The translations under genes were made by a program, and so were the position numbers. The notes beneath the pieces are model-generated. The model was not told the DNA's origin and did no database searches. It was given only the letters and a program-made list of their open reading frames with translations. From the sequence record OU343168.1: DNA of 64,000 nt; one strand, 5' to 3'. Each line of letters opens with the position of its first letter. Positions within the stretch are counted from its first letter, which is position 1. Below are positions 29,972 to 38,980 of the stretch, one piece after another.

Positions 29972-31684
29972 ATGGACCGGCAACTCATTAAACACATTGA
30001 AAATTCCATGCCGAAGTTCAATAAGTTACTGGTGGATGGATTTCATCAGAAGGAGTTTAGTAATGCGTTAGGAGTGTTCGATCATTCCATGAGGGCCATT
30101 CTGAAAAGTGTTGAGAAACGGGGTGTTTTTTACAAGAAAACCGTACGAGCTTCACCCCGGGAGTTCATTGACTACTTGATCAACAGCAGTCGTAAGGTTT
30201 TCGATGTCCATAAGGAAAGCCTGTATCCGGTTAAGATCTGGATCCAGTATAAGGACCGAGGGGGTAAGTTAACGGACTTTTACACCTACACGATGCTGCC
30301 GTATACGGATAAGTACGGGGATCTGTGGTTGAGGGGATCGTTGTATAACCCTCAGATCGTACTCGCTGAACAGGGTCTGCCCGTAACGAAAGAGAACGCC
30401 TTGTTTGTGAAAGTGTTAGGTTTCAAGTTTAAGATTGGAATCGAGCATTTCAATTTCTGTCAAGTCTTTACCGACACAGGGATTGAGACCCATCGTCACA
30501 CGGATATCAACCTGGCGGCTAACCGGTTCTACAGTCCAACCGAATCCCGGAAGATCAAGGACAGTAAGACCCCTGTTCCGTTGTTGGCGTGGTATATCTT
30601 TGCGGACATGGGCTTCAGTACGGCCATGGAGGAATATGCGGAGTGTGACTTCCGTATAGGCTCTCTGGATGCGCTGCTTAACGAATGCAAGGCAGAAGAC
30701 CGGTGGGAAGTCTTTACCGGTCCTAAGCGTGCTTCGGATAATAAACCTTCGTTAGGTGATTATGTCAGTTTGGACATCGGTATTGCGGTACGGAACAAGT
30801 CTAGCAGTCGTAAGGAACTGAGCGCAGTCGGGTTACAGTACAGCTGTGCTTTATTGTTCATTGCGAACTGTTGTTCGTCGTACTTTGATATTGAACGGTT
30901 GGATGATCCGGACTATTGGAAGCTGATCATAGGGCGGTGTTCCGTTAAGGCGGGTGACAGTGACGAGTACATCATGCGTTTGATGTATGAGCACTTCGAT
31001 TCCATTCGGGAGTACCTGGATGAAGATTCGATTAAGAAGTTCGCTGCTAAATCGATCGTAGTGACCAATATGTTTGATCTGTTCAACTACATCATTGCGA
31101 ACCGCAGTGAGATTGTCCAGACCACCGACCGTGCGTCAGCGTTCAATAAAGACTTGGCCAGTTTGGAATTCACGCTGGACAGTCTGCTGACGTCTGCCAA
31201 TAACTTCAAGCACGATATCAAGAACAACTCGGAAATCAACCAGAAAAAGGTGGCGAGGTTCTTGACTCACAATTTCCCTATTAAGGAGATCGACAATGCA
31301 CAATACGCCAACCTTATCCTGGAACCCACCCCTACGGATAATCCGTTCGTAGACTACGGGTTGGGCTGCATGCCCCAACACAAGGTCTATACCGGTGGTG
31401 GTAAGCGTAAACGGGGTGACTTCGACACGTCAGATAGCTCAACCTTTACCCACGCGTCGCTTCCCTTTGTTCATAGTTTTTTACGGGTTACGAATCCTAA
31501 TCCTGATGCACGGGGATTCCTTAATCCAAGCATTTATCTGATCAATAATCGTACAACGGGCTTAGACCCTCAATTTAAAGAACTCTACGAACGAACAGAT
31601 AAACGCCTCAAGAAAAGAGAACCATGGCCATGGCAAACATCCTCCGTCCATCCGGACAAGTCAACCGAGGAACCGTCTCAATAG
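29972..31684 (+). CDS. non-virion RNA polymerase beta subunit, N-terminal part (phiKZ gp123-like), 570 aa
   Basis: MLPYTDKYGDLWLRGSLYNPQIVLAE resembles the beta N-terminal LP/DG.F.I.G region; size and position two genes after the capsid gene. Confidence 0.7.
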   Translation: MDRQLIKHIENSMPKFNKLLVDGFHQKEFSNALGVFDHSMRAILKSVEKRGVFYKKTVRASPREFIDYLINSSRKVFDVHKESLYPVKIWIQYKDRGGKLTDFYTYTMLPYTDKYGDLWLRGSLYNPQIVLAEQGLPVTKENALFVKVLGFKFKIGIEHFNFCQVFTDTGIETHRHTDINLAANRFYSPTESRKIKDSKTPVPLLAWYIFADMGFSTAMEEYAECDFRIGSLDALLNECKAEDRWEVFTGPKRASDNKPSLGDYVSLDIGIAVRNKSSSRKELSAVGLQYSCALLFIANCCSSYFDIERLDDPDYWKLIIGRCSVKAGDSDEYIMRLMYEHFDSIREYLDEDSIKKFAAKSIVVTNMFDLFNYIIANRSEIVQTTDRASAFNKDLASLEFTLDSLLTSANNFKHDIKNNSEINQKKVARFLTHNFPIKEIDNAQYANLILEPTPTDNPFVDYGLGCMPQHKVYTGGGKRKRGDFDTSDSSTFTHASLPFVHSFLRVTNPNPDARGFLNPSIYLINNRTTGLDPQFKELYERTDKRLKKREPWPWQTSSVHPDKSTEEPSQ

Positions 31685-33969
31685 ATCCTAATGCACCCAT
31701 CCCCGGGGCTTCTGGTACGGCGATGGGCCTTGGCGCCCGTCAAGGTATGTACAACCAGATGTCACCCTCCATGCAACTCCGTGGTGTTCTCGAACACGGC
31801 CTGCAAGGGAATAGTCAGGGTGGGGGTGGAGGTTCCATTCATTGGGAACGCTACGGTAACTCCCTCTATGAAGACGCTGCACTCCGGGAGATCCGGGAGA
31901 ATGCGAATTCTGAAATAGACAGTAACCAACTCTTCTTGGAGAAGTTTTCCCGTGCTGGGGTGGAATTGATTCAGCAGCTAGGAAGACGACAAGGGGCGTT
32001 CTATAACGAATACCGGGAGACCTTAGAAAACTTTCGTTTTGTTCCCAAAACCCCGGTTAAATGTCCCATTCGGGATGAATTCGTTAACAACCTGAACAAG
32101 TACCCTGAAACCCTCCGCTTTATCTCAACGGCCTCTGTGCCGATGTTTGTCCAGCGACTGATTGTCCTGGGTAAACAAGGGTCTTCGGAGTTGACGACGT
32201 CGGACTATATGGGATCCGCAGTCTTTGCCTATCGGTCTGTTTTAACCATGGAGATGATCTCCTGGTTGTGCAAGAGTCCGGCAGGTCGACAGTTCACGTA
32301 TAGGTTGACCCCTGAAATCCAGAAAATGATCGCTAACCTGGAGCATTTCAAGGATACGTTTAGCCTCGCCTGTAACACGTTAGGTTGTACGAATCCTTAT
32401 GCGTCCCTGGTGTATGAGGTGAAGACGCCAACCACGACGGAGAGCCATCTCATCCACGAAGCACAAACCGCCTTCCTTCATTCTAACTTTGGAGCGAACA
32501 ACGGCGTGGAATCCCAGAACGATCCAACCACTGAAGACATCTTTGAAATGGTGAGGAAACGGGCTGAGCTGGCCAGACGGGACAACCAGGTGTATACTCG
32601 CCCTGAAGATCCTCGGTTCCAACCCCCAGAAGTCCAACGCTGGAATAAGGTCCGGAATGATCTTGAAAACCTGACCGTTAAGAACAAGGATGAGTTTGAT
32701 CTCACCAGTTATTTCCATTACATCGGTAAACCCAAGCATTATCTGATTCCGGAAACGGATTGGAAGCGGATAAAGAAGGTTTATAAACGCCACCCTGAAC
32801 AGTCTCCTCAAGAAGAGAGTATCCTCCCGGGTTGTTTCCGTATTGTGATTATTGACCTGGAAAAGGATAACGGCTGGTTCAGCACTGTTGTAAGGAGTCG
32901 TACACTCGATATGGTCACTGCTCTGTCTAGCCCTGAAAAGCTGTTGCCGTTGCTGGAAGCTACGGAAGACGGTAATGACGTGGTGGTCCTGCCGGTGGAG
33001 AAGGTGGTAGAAGATACCAAGTCCCTGGAGATCACGCTGGAGACCTGTGAAGAATTGGAAGGGATCCCAGTGGTTACGGTGTCTGAAGGCATCGTCAGCG
33101 CGACGTCTAAGAAGCTGATGGCGGCTGTGGTGACGACCAACACCGCCCTGAGTAAGAACATGCCAGGGACCAACGCCACGTCGTTCTCCGCTACGATCTG
33201 GGATACCTTCACCTGTTCCGATGCTCGGGACAAAGTCCGACTCAAGAACGATCTCCCGTTCCTGTTTAAAGACTTTAAGGAGGACGATCACCCCCTGTCG
33301 TATTACCACCGGATGAAAGCGGTTAAGGAGTACTTGGATGAAGGGATTCTGGATGAGGAGTTGGGTGAGTTCATTCGGACTCGTCTGACCGCAACGGTGA
33401 ATGCGTGGTTCGTCAGTTCCCTGGGGTACGAGCGCTTGCCCAGCTCACGGAACCATTTGTCGGTAACCGACATCGTCGAGGACTTCGACGAGCTGGATAA
33501 GATCCTGGAAGAAGATCATCCTGAAGGGTACCGACGGTTCAACGAACCGGGAGGGCCGGGTAACTACCTGACGGAACAAATGAAATTGTTCGTTCCCGAT
33601 GGGAAATACGATGGCGTAGAAAGTGAAGAGGGTGGGCTAATCCAGGAAGCTCAGAAGAAGTTGGAGCTCCCGTTGGAACGCCGCTTCCACATCACAGTGA
33701 TCAATAAGCGGAACGGCCCGTTGCCGGATGCATCGGGAGAACCCTTGATCATTAAGCGCAGTCGATTCCCGGAGTACTTCGATCTCATAGAGAAAGGATT
33801 CAAGGGAACGATGAAAGAGACGGATAACCTGGACGTTATTGATAAACTGATTCAATTCTCCGGAGGTGATCAACTCTGGTTATTCAGTTACTCAGCCGTC
33901 GATAAGAATGTCGCCACTCTTCGGGTGGTCAGTCGAAGAAGTCCCTTGGTCCTGTTGGATCTCTTCTGA
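31624..33969 (+). CDS. large hypothetical protein, 781 aa
   Basis: Long ORF overlapping the end of the RNAP subunit; Gly-rich disordered N-terminus. Confidence 0.75.
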   Translation: MAMANILRPSGQVNRGTVSIDPNAPIPGASGTAMGLGARQGMYNQMSPSMQLRGVLEHGLQGNSQGGGGGSIHWERYGNSLYEDAALREIRENANSEIDSNQLFLEKFSRAGVELIQQLGRRQGAFYNEYRETLENFRFVPKTPVKCPIRDEFVNNLNKYPETLRFISTASVPMFVQRLIVLGKQGSSELTTSDYMGSAVFAYRSVLTMEMISWLCKSPAGRQFTYRLTPEIQKMIANLEHFKDTFSLACNTLGCTNPYASLVYEVKTPTTTESHLIHEAQTAFLHSNFGANNGVESQNDPTTEDIFEMVRKRAELARRDNQVYTRPEDPRFQPPEVQRWNKVRNDLENLTVKNKDEFDLTSYFHYIGKPKHYLIPETDWKRIKKVYKRHPEQSPQEESILPGCFRIVIIDLEKDNGWFSTVVRSRTLDMVTALSSPEKLLPLLEATEDGNDVVVLPVEKVVEDTKSLEITLETCEELEGIPVVTVSEGIVSATSKKLMAAVVTTNTALSKNMPGTNATSFSATIWDTFTCSDARDKVRLKNDLPFLFKDFKEDDHPLSYYHRMKAVKEYLDEGILDEELGEFIRTRLTATVNAWFVSSLGYERLPSSRNHLSVTDIVEDFDELDKILEEDHPEGYRRFNEPGGPGNYLTEQMKLFVPDGKYDGVESEEGGLIQEAQKKLELPLERRFHITVINKRNGPLPDASGEPLIIKRSRFPEYFDLIEKGFKGTMKETDNLDVIDKLIQFSGGDQLWLFSYSAVDKNVATLRVVSRRSPLVLLDLF

Positions 33970-34005
33970 ATACTTGATTTAATCGCGATTGAATTAAAAC
34001 TATTA

Positions 34006-34037
34006 ACCTACCCTAGTGGAGATCCACTAGGGTAGGT
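34006..34037. terminator. 14-bp hairpin
   Basis: acctaccctagtgg-agat-ccactagggtaggt. Confidence 0.75.
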
Positions 34038-34167
34038 ATTCCTTATTGGTTTATTTATTTAACTTACAGTTATTTTCAGACCTAAATAATCAGGGTGAAT
34101 AGCAACAATCCTATTAATTGTTAACTGTTTTACTCCCCATTTCCTACACACGAACGAGGATTCACAC

Positions 34168-34524
34168 ATGACCACTTCCAATGACAAAGCCAAAACCACC
34201 AACAAGTCCTTCACCGGTGAGCGCAAGGAAGGTTTCGCAGCCACAACTGTCGCCGGGATCGTCGGAGGCGTCCTGGGTGCCGCCGCCCATTTCAATGGCA
34301 CCAAAAACATCGGTTCGTCCCTGATCGCCGGTGCTGCCGGTGTGACCGTCGGTTGGGCGGCGGGTCGGTTGGTGTCTCCTGTTCAACACCTCGGTACACC
34401 GGCTACTATTCTGGGCAGTGCCTGGTCGGGACTGCTCGGTGCGTCGATCGCTATCACCGCGGGTGAACTGGCTGGTTCGGTAATGGGTGCCGCCCAAGAA
34501 GCCCTGCCGAGCGCCGGCGAGTAA
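34168..34524 (+). CDS. glycine-zipper membrane protein, 118 aa
   Basis: GAGGA RBS; repeated GxxxG/AxxxG hydrophobic helices; strong C-ending codon bias. Confidence 0.7.
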   Translation: MTTSNDKAKTTNKSFTGERKEGFAATTVAGIVGGVLGAAAHFNGTKNIGSSLIAGAAGVTVGWAAGRLVSPVQHLGTPATILGSAWSGLLGASIAITAGELAGSVMGAAQEALPSAGE

Positions 34525-34535
34525 GTTCCGCCCCA

Positions 34536-34556
34536 AGGAGAAGGTTATCCCTTCTC
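34536..34556 (+). terminator. hairpin with U-rich tail
   Basis: ggagaagg-ttatc-ccttctcc, followed by tcttcttttc. Confidence 0.55.
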
Positions 34557-34598
34557 CTCTTCTTTTCAGTAACCCGCTCAGCCAGGAAGGTGTTTATT

Positions 34599-34763
34599 AT
34601 GAAATCCAGCGGCCTGCTTCTTCTGTGCGTTGGTGTTATGTTCGGCTTCTTGTTCGTGAACGCGAACTACGGCCAAGAGACTCAGGAAGATGAATCCCAA
34701 GAAGTGATCTTGGGACATCGTATTGCCCCTAACGGGCAAGAGATCCTGGTCTACCAACACTGA
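34599..34763 (+). CDS. small signal-peptide/membrane protein, 54 aa (not in ORF track)
   Basis: Hand translation MKSSGLLLLCVGVMFGFLFVNANYGQETQEDESQEVILGHRIAPNGQEILVYQH; AGGAAGG RBS; hairpin downstream. Confidence 0.6.
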   Translation: MKSSGLLLLCVGVMFGFLFVNANYGQETQEDESQEVILGHRIAPNGQEILVYQH

Positions 34764-34853
34764 AGAACCCACCCCCCGCTTCCTTGTCCTGTTTAAGAGG
34801 GATGAGGAAGCGGGTTCTTTACGTCTCTTTCATTTTTCACATAGGGAAATACC

Positions 34854-35285
34854 ATGCTAACGCCAGATGAAGCGAAGAAACGTCGAATAAGAGTGGCTGA
34901 AATCTTTAGTCTGATTTCGGAAGCTAATCAGCTTCTGGTTAAGGTCTCAGCCACCGCGAATGCTAACAGGAGTGAGGAGATGTTTGCGTTATCCATGTCT
35001 CTCCTGGAAGAGGCGGACACCAAGCTGAATGCGTACAAAAAGGAATTCCCCAATTGTCTCTCCTTGAAGTACAACCGTTGGATGCAAGTCGGGGTGAATT
35101 CTGAGGGTGGGGTGAGTAATAAACAAGGGCTTCCTCAACCCCCTCTCTTGACTGAAGACAATCAGCTCTCCCCTGAGTGGGTGACTTGGTACAGTCAGGT
35201 TATGGGGTATTCCCATTCCCATGCCTTGGAGGTGGGTGAACTTCTGTTGAATGCGTATCAGAACCTTCCTCCCTCCGAAGTGTAA
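34854..35285 (+). CDS. hypothetical protein, 143 aa
   Basis: AGGGA RBS; helical N-terminus. Confidence 0.65.
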   Translation: MLTPDEAKKRRIRVAEIFSLISEANQLLVKVSATANANRSEEMFALSMSLLEEADTKLNAYKKEFPNCLSLKYNRWMQVGVNSEGGVSNKQGLPQPPLLTEDNQLSPEWVTWYSQVMGYSHSHALEVGELLLNAYQNLPPSEV

Positions 35286-35341
35286 AGGATTAACGGCAAA
35301 CAGTCTCCCCTCCTTAGGGGAGACTTTCTTGAGGAAGACGT

Positions 35342-35593
35342 ATGTTTAGAATGAATAAGGGTTGTTACCCTACCGGAATAAATCCTAATGGAAAGTTTCT
35401 GAGTCAAGAGGAATTGCGGAAACTCCCCAATGGGACTTATGTAACCTCCCCTTCGCACCATCATCACGTCTATCAACATGCCCGTCGTGTTGAAGTTCGG
35501 GATGGTCAATGCTGGCTGGTCACTGATCCCAGGTATATCTATTCCCTTGAAGACTTCTTTAAATACAACTTGTTCTACAGGAGAACTGTATGA
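35342..35593 (+). CDS. hypothetical protein, 83 aa
   Basis: GAGGA RBS. Confidence 0.55.
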   Translation: MFRMNKGCYPTGINPNGKFLSQEELRKLPNGTYVTSPSHHHHVYQHARRVEVRDGQCWLVTDPRYIYSLEDFFKYNLFYRRTV

Positions 35594-35724
35594 AAAAGAC
35601 CTGGATGTTGGCGCCTCATAGGAGACATTCCCCAAGCAGTACAGGATTGACCTAGGGAGTAAACTGGGTCCATCCATCGTTGATTAAAAACCTTTTGTCA
35701 TTAATCCACTTATAGGACACCGTT

Positions 35725-36192
35725 ATGTCGAAGAAAATGCCGCCGGACTTCCGTAAACTGCACCTGGAAGCCTTGTACACCTACCTGAATGAAACCACGG
35801 GCGCGTGTGTCATCCTGGTTAACACCGACGCCGGCCCTGAAGTGAAAGAAATCGGTCAAGGGAACCCCAGCGTCTTCTTCAACATCGGAGGGTTCGCGGT
35901 GAAGTACCTTCATTTCCATGAGGAGTACGTTCATTTCGAATGCCGTTGCCAGGGGAAGGTATACGAGCTCTTCATCAAGTATGAAGATATCTTGGGTGTA
36001 CGGTATAACAGAGACTTGATTTACCTGGGTGGGGTGTGCCGAATAGTAGGTCAGGATGAAGACGGTCGGTTGATGCTCGCCCCTGGTGAAATCGCTCCTC
36101 CAGAACAGGATGATAAGAAAGAATCCTCCGTCCCCAAACCTCAGAACGGACACACCTCTCCGTTCAAGGTCATTGAAGGCGGTAAAGACTAA
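35725..36192 (+). CDS. sspB: stringent starvation protein B (ClpXP adaptor) homolog, 155 aa
   Basis: ALYTYL..., ILVN, VFFNIG..AV..L, V.FECRCQG..YELFI.YEDILG follow the SspB core; C-terminal SPFKVIEGGK resembles the ClpX-binding XB tail. Confidence 0.8.
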   Translation: MSKKMPPDFRKLHLEALYTYLNETTGACVILVNTDAGPEVKEIGQGNPSVFFNIGGFAVKYLHFHEEYVHFECRCQGKVYELFIKYEDILGVRYNRDLIYLGGVCRIVGQDEDGRLMLAPGEIAPPEQDDKKESSVPKPQNGHTSPFKVIEGGKD

Positions 36193-36211
36193 CCCCTCAC
36201 TATCAATACCC

Positions 36212-36232
36212 CCGGTAGGGATAACCTACCGG
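36212..36232. terminator. 8-bp hairpin
   Basis: ccggtagg-gataa-cctaccgg. Confidence 0.55.
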
Positions 36233-36317
36233 TGGTTAAATTATTCTGTTGAGTGTATCTAATACGTACATTGACCAGAATCATTTAGAGTTTCATAAAC
36301 ACCTGAGGTAATCCAAA

Positions 36318-36800
36318 ATGCTACCGATTAAATCACGGCTACAAGAAATGATCATCAACGCCCAACCCCTCCCCGGCGTTGTGGATGACATTTACAAAGG
36401 CTACGAGGAAGTTAGGGTGTTCTTCTCCAACTTCGATCGGGTAATCACTCAACTCCCTTTCGATAAGGATATTCTCAATCACCTACCCCGGGGTGAAGCC
36501 AAGACGGAGGACTTCTTCTTTCTCCACACCATCTACCAGGAGCAGAACAAAGGCGGCATCCATGGCTTCGGAGAAGGGTATTCAGGGAACATTCGTTTCC
36601 GGATTAAGATCGTACGGAACACTAAAGGGGTCATTGCAGGGTTGACCGTAGGGACTCTGGGCTGGGGAATGAAAGATCTGGAACGGGATTTCAAGAACAA
36701 ACACCTGTTGCATGGGGGTGTGGATTACAAAGACGAACTCCTGGGTAAAGTGGTTCGTCACATTGAACTGGTCAAACTCTTCTACATCGAAGACATTTAA
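36318..36800 (+). CDS. hypothetical protein, 160 aa
   Basis: GAGGT RBS. Confidence 0.7.
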   Translation: MLPIKSRLQEMIINAQPLPGVVDDIYKGYEEVRVFFSNFDRVITQLPFDKDILNHLPRGEAKTEDFFFLHTIYQEQNKGGIHGFGEGYSGNIRFRIKIVRNTKGVIAGLTVGTLGWGMKDLERDFKNKHLLHGGVDYKDELLGKVVRHIELVKLFYIEDI

Positions 36801-36825
36801 CATCTTTCAGAAGGAGTAACCCCCC

Positions 36826-37149
36826 ATGGCAACAGTTCGTAAGGAAGGTAAAGAACGGTCTCCTCTGTCGAGTCCCATTGTAGGTGAACGGGATTCCGTT
36901 GATTTCCATAACACCAAAGAAAACCTGGAGAATGGGACGTATCGAGTCATCGAGTACGACGGGGAAATCAATTATTGTGTGCTAGATTATCTCGTTGAAT
37001 CCTGGTACAGTGAGGAAGAACACACGGAATTCCTCGATAATCTACACATGGATCATCTGGCCGAGAGAATAGGTGACCCATGCTGTGAAGACTTGGGAGA
37101 ACCGTTCACCCAAGTCCTACATGACAATTTCAGTGACCTTTTGACTTAA
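36826..37149 (+). CDS. hypothetical acidic protein, 107 aa
   Basis: AAGGAG RBS. Confidence 0.65.
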   Translation: MATVRKEGKERSPLSSPIVGERDSVDFHNTKENLENGTYRVIEYDGEINYCVLDYLVESWYSEEEHTEFLDNLHMDHLAERIGDPCCEDLGEPFTQVLHDNFSDLLT

Positions 37150-37166
37150 CAAAACGAGGGGGTGGT

Positions 37167-37952
37167 ATGAACACATTTTACATCATTCAAGTCGACCAAC
37201 GTTCCACTTCCCACCCGGGAACCATCACTCAGTATTACGCCGAGGATCCCTCTTCTCGTGGTTATCCCGATTTCAGCAAGTCCTGGATGGACTGTAGCAC
37301 TTTCCACAGTCTCGAAAGCGCTACTGAAGTCATTAACCGGATGCTCACTGATAAGAACACTCGCTTCGGTGATGGTTCGGTCGATCTTCCCCTCACATTC
37401 CGGATACTGCGTCGTGATTACAACGCACCTGTTCCCGGTACGAAATACGAGTTCGATCTCTCCATTGTCGAGTTCTCCTACACCGATCCCTCCGACTTGA
37501 AAGTCAAAACAGTTGATCGCTGGGGAGTCGACTTCATATGGGGTGGAGGAGATAAACTCGCCAGGACTTTCTACCGCGTCGAAACGAATCCCGATCAACC
37601 CAACATGCCCTACTTGCCGGGTAAGAATGAACCGAGTCTCTTCTACCCCAAGGCGTTGGAGGGCGCTCACCCGTGGGTGTACTGGTATATCCGCAGTCAT
37701 GAACTTGAGTTCACTTCCGTTTCAGTTAAAACTGCTTTGGAAGAGAAAGACAAGGTCGTCGGTAAGATCAGTAACCAAAGTTCCAATGTGGAGCTTTACG
37801 ACGAGATGTTTCCTAAAGCAGGCGACCGGGTTGCCGTGGGGGATCTAGTACTCCTGGGGGATGTTCTAGCTCTTCGTAATAAGAACCCCGATCTCACCCT
37901 GGAAGAAATCCACCAACAAAAATTGTCTCGTCGTGTTTCGGATAAACAATAA
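37167..37952 (+). CDS. hypothetical protein, paralog of 38981..39787, 261 aa
   Basis: GAGGGGG RBS; shared motifs VDRWxVxF and PGxNEPSxFY...GAHPWxxWYIxxHELEFT. Confidence 0.75.
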   Translation: MNTFYIIQVDQRSTSHPGTITQYYAEDPSSRGYPDFSKSWMDCSTFHSLESATEVINRMLTDKNTRFGDGSVDLPLTFRILRRDYNAPVPGTKYEFDLSIVEFSYTDPSDLKVKTVDRWGVDFIWGGGDKLARTFYRVETNPDQPNMPYLPGKNEPSLFYPKALEGAHPWVYWYIRSHELEFTSVSVKTALEEKDKVVGKISNQSSNVELYDEMFPKAGDRVAVGDLVLLGDVLALRNKNPDLTLEEIHQQKLSRRVSDKQ

Positions 37953-37963
37953 AGACAATCGGT

Positions 37964-37991
37964 CAACAGAGGCCCTGTGAGGCCTCTGTTG
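37964..37991 (+). terminator. 11-bp hairpin
   Basis: caacagaggcc-ctgtga-ggcctctgttg, followed by gtatttattt. Confidence 0.65.
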
Positions 37992-38021
37992 GTATTTATT
38001 TCAGTAGTCAAGGAATTTGTA

Positions 38022-38486
38022 ATGGCTAGAAAAACCCTGTGTATGTTGATTCGTCATCGCCAGTACGCGCTGGTAACCAATGACATCCAAAAGAGCGACT
38101 TCTTTTACACCTGCCCGTTTGAATCGACCATTGAAGGCCAACCGATTCTCTGTGCGGTGTTCTACAAGAAACCCAACCCCGAACGCATGAAAGCGGCGTA
38201 TTCGCTGACGACCCTCCCCTGCCATTTGACCCTTGAAGGATGGCAGAGCCTGATTGAGGATGCGGAACAACGCGCTATCCTCGTTACTCCCAGGCGGATC
38301 TATGATTTCCGTGGGGAGGAAATCAACGTGTGTAATGGAGAGAATAAGGGGTTTACCTTTGGAGCGGATGAATTCATTCACCTTTTTGGTAAATACCTCG
38401 ACGTTAACGTTCCGTTGGGAGCCCTCTACGCCGACAAGCGTATTGGTGAAGTATTTGAAGTTATCGCTGTAAAACCCCGTAACTAG
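38022..38486 (+). CDS. hypothetical protein, about 154 aa
   Basis: ATG 38022 after AAGGA. Confidence 0.65.
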   Translation: MARKTLCMLIRHRQYALVTNDIQKSDFFYTCPFESTIEGQPILCAVFYKKPNPERMKAAYSLTTLPCHLTLEGWQSLIEDAEQRAILVTPRRIYDFRGEEINVCNGENKGFTFGADEFIHLFGKYLDVNVPLGALYADKRIGEVFEVIAVKPRN

Positions 38487-38560
38487 GAGGAGTTTATGGG
38501 TACCCAAACGATCAGTTCGGCGATTAACCTACAACCTTCCATTTCGTATTTGGGTGACTT

Positions 38561-38926
38561 ATGGAAAGAACGATTAAAGAAGTATTTGAATCGATGGCGA
38601 AGAATCTTCAAGATATCCAGCGCCTGAAGGGTCCTAACGCAAGGGTGTGCATTACCTTAGAGATTGACGGGGAAATAGTCGATTTCATCCTGCATCAGGG
38701 ATATAAACATCAACCCACCCTCTTAACTGCGATTATTATCTCAATCCGTATTCAAAATGTTGAAGGTATCCATCCCCAGGGAGTCATCATGATGTACAGT
38801 GATGGCGAATTGTCGATGGGAATCTACAAAGATGCTAAGTACGGCGGCGAAACGTTGGAAGGTGTGCTTCGTGTCGCTGAAGAATGCATGAGTGAAGTCG
38901 AAGAAATCCCCCACACCCTCCATTGA
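38561..38926 (+). CDS. hypothetical protein, 121 aa
   Basis: ORF track; weak RBS (see finding on the 38496 ORF). Confidence 0.6.
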   Translation: MERTIKEVFESMAKNLQDIQRLKGPNARVCITLEIDGEIVDFILHQGYKHQPTLLTAIIISIRIQNVEGIHPQGVIMMYSDGELSMGIYKDAKYGGETLEGVLRVAEECMSEVEEIPHTLH

Positions 38927-38980
38927 TGGAATACTCTTCCCCACGTCCTACAACCCTACCCCCCTTAAAAGGAAATCATC

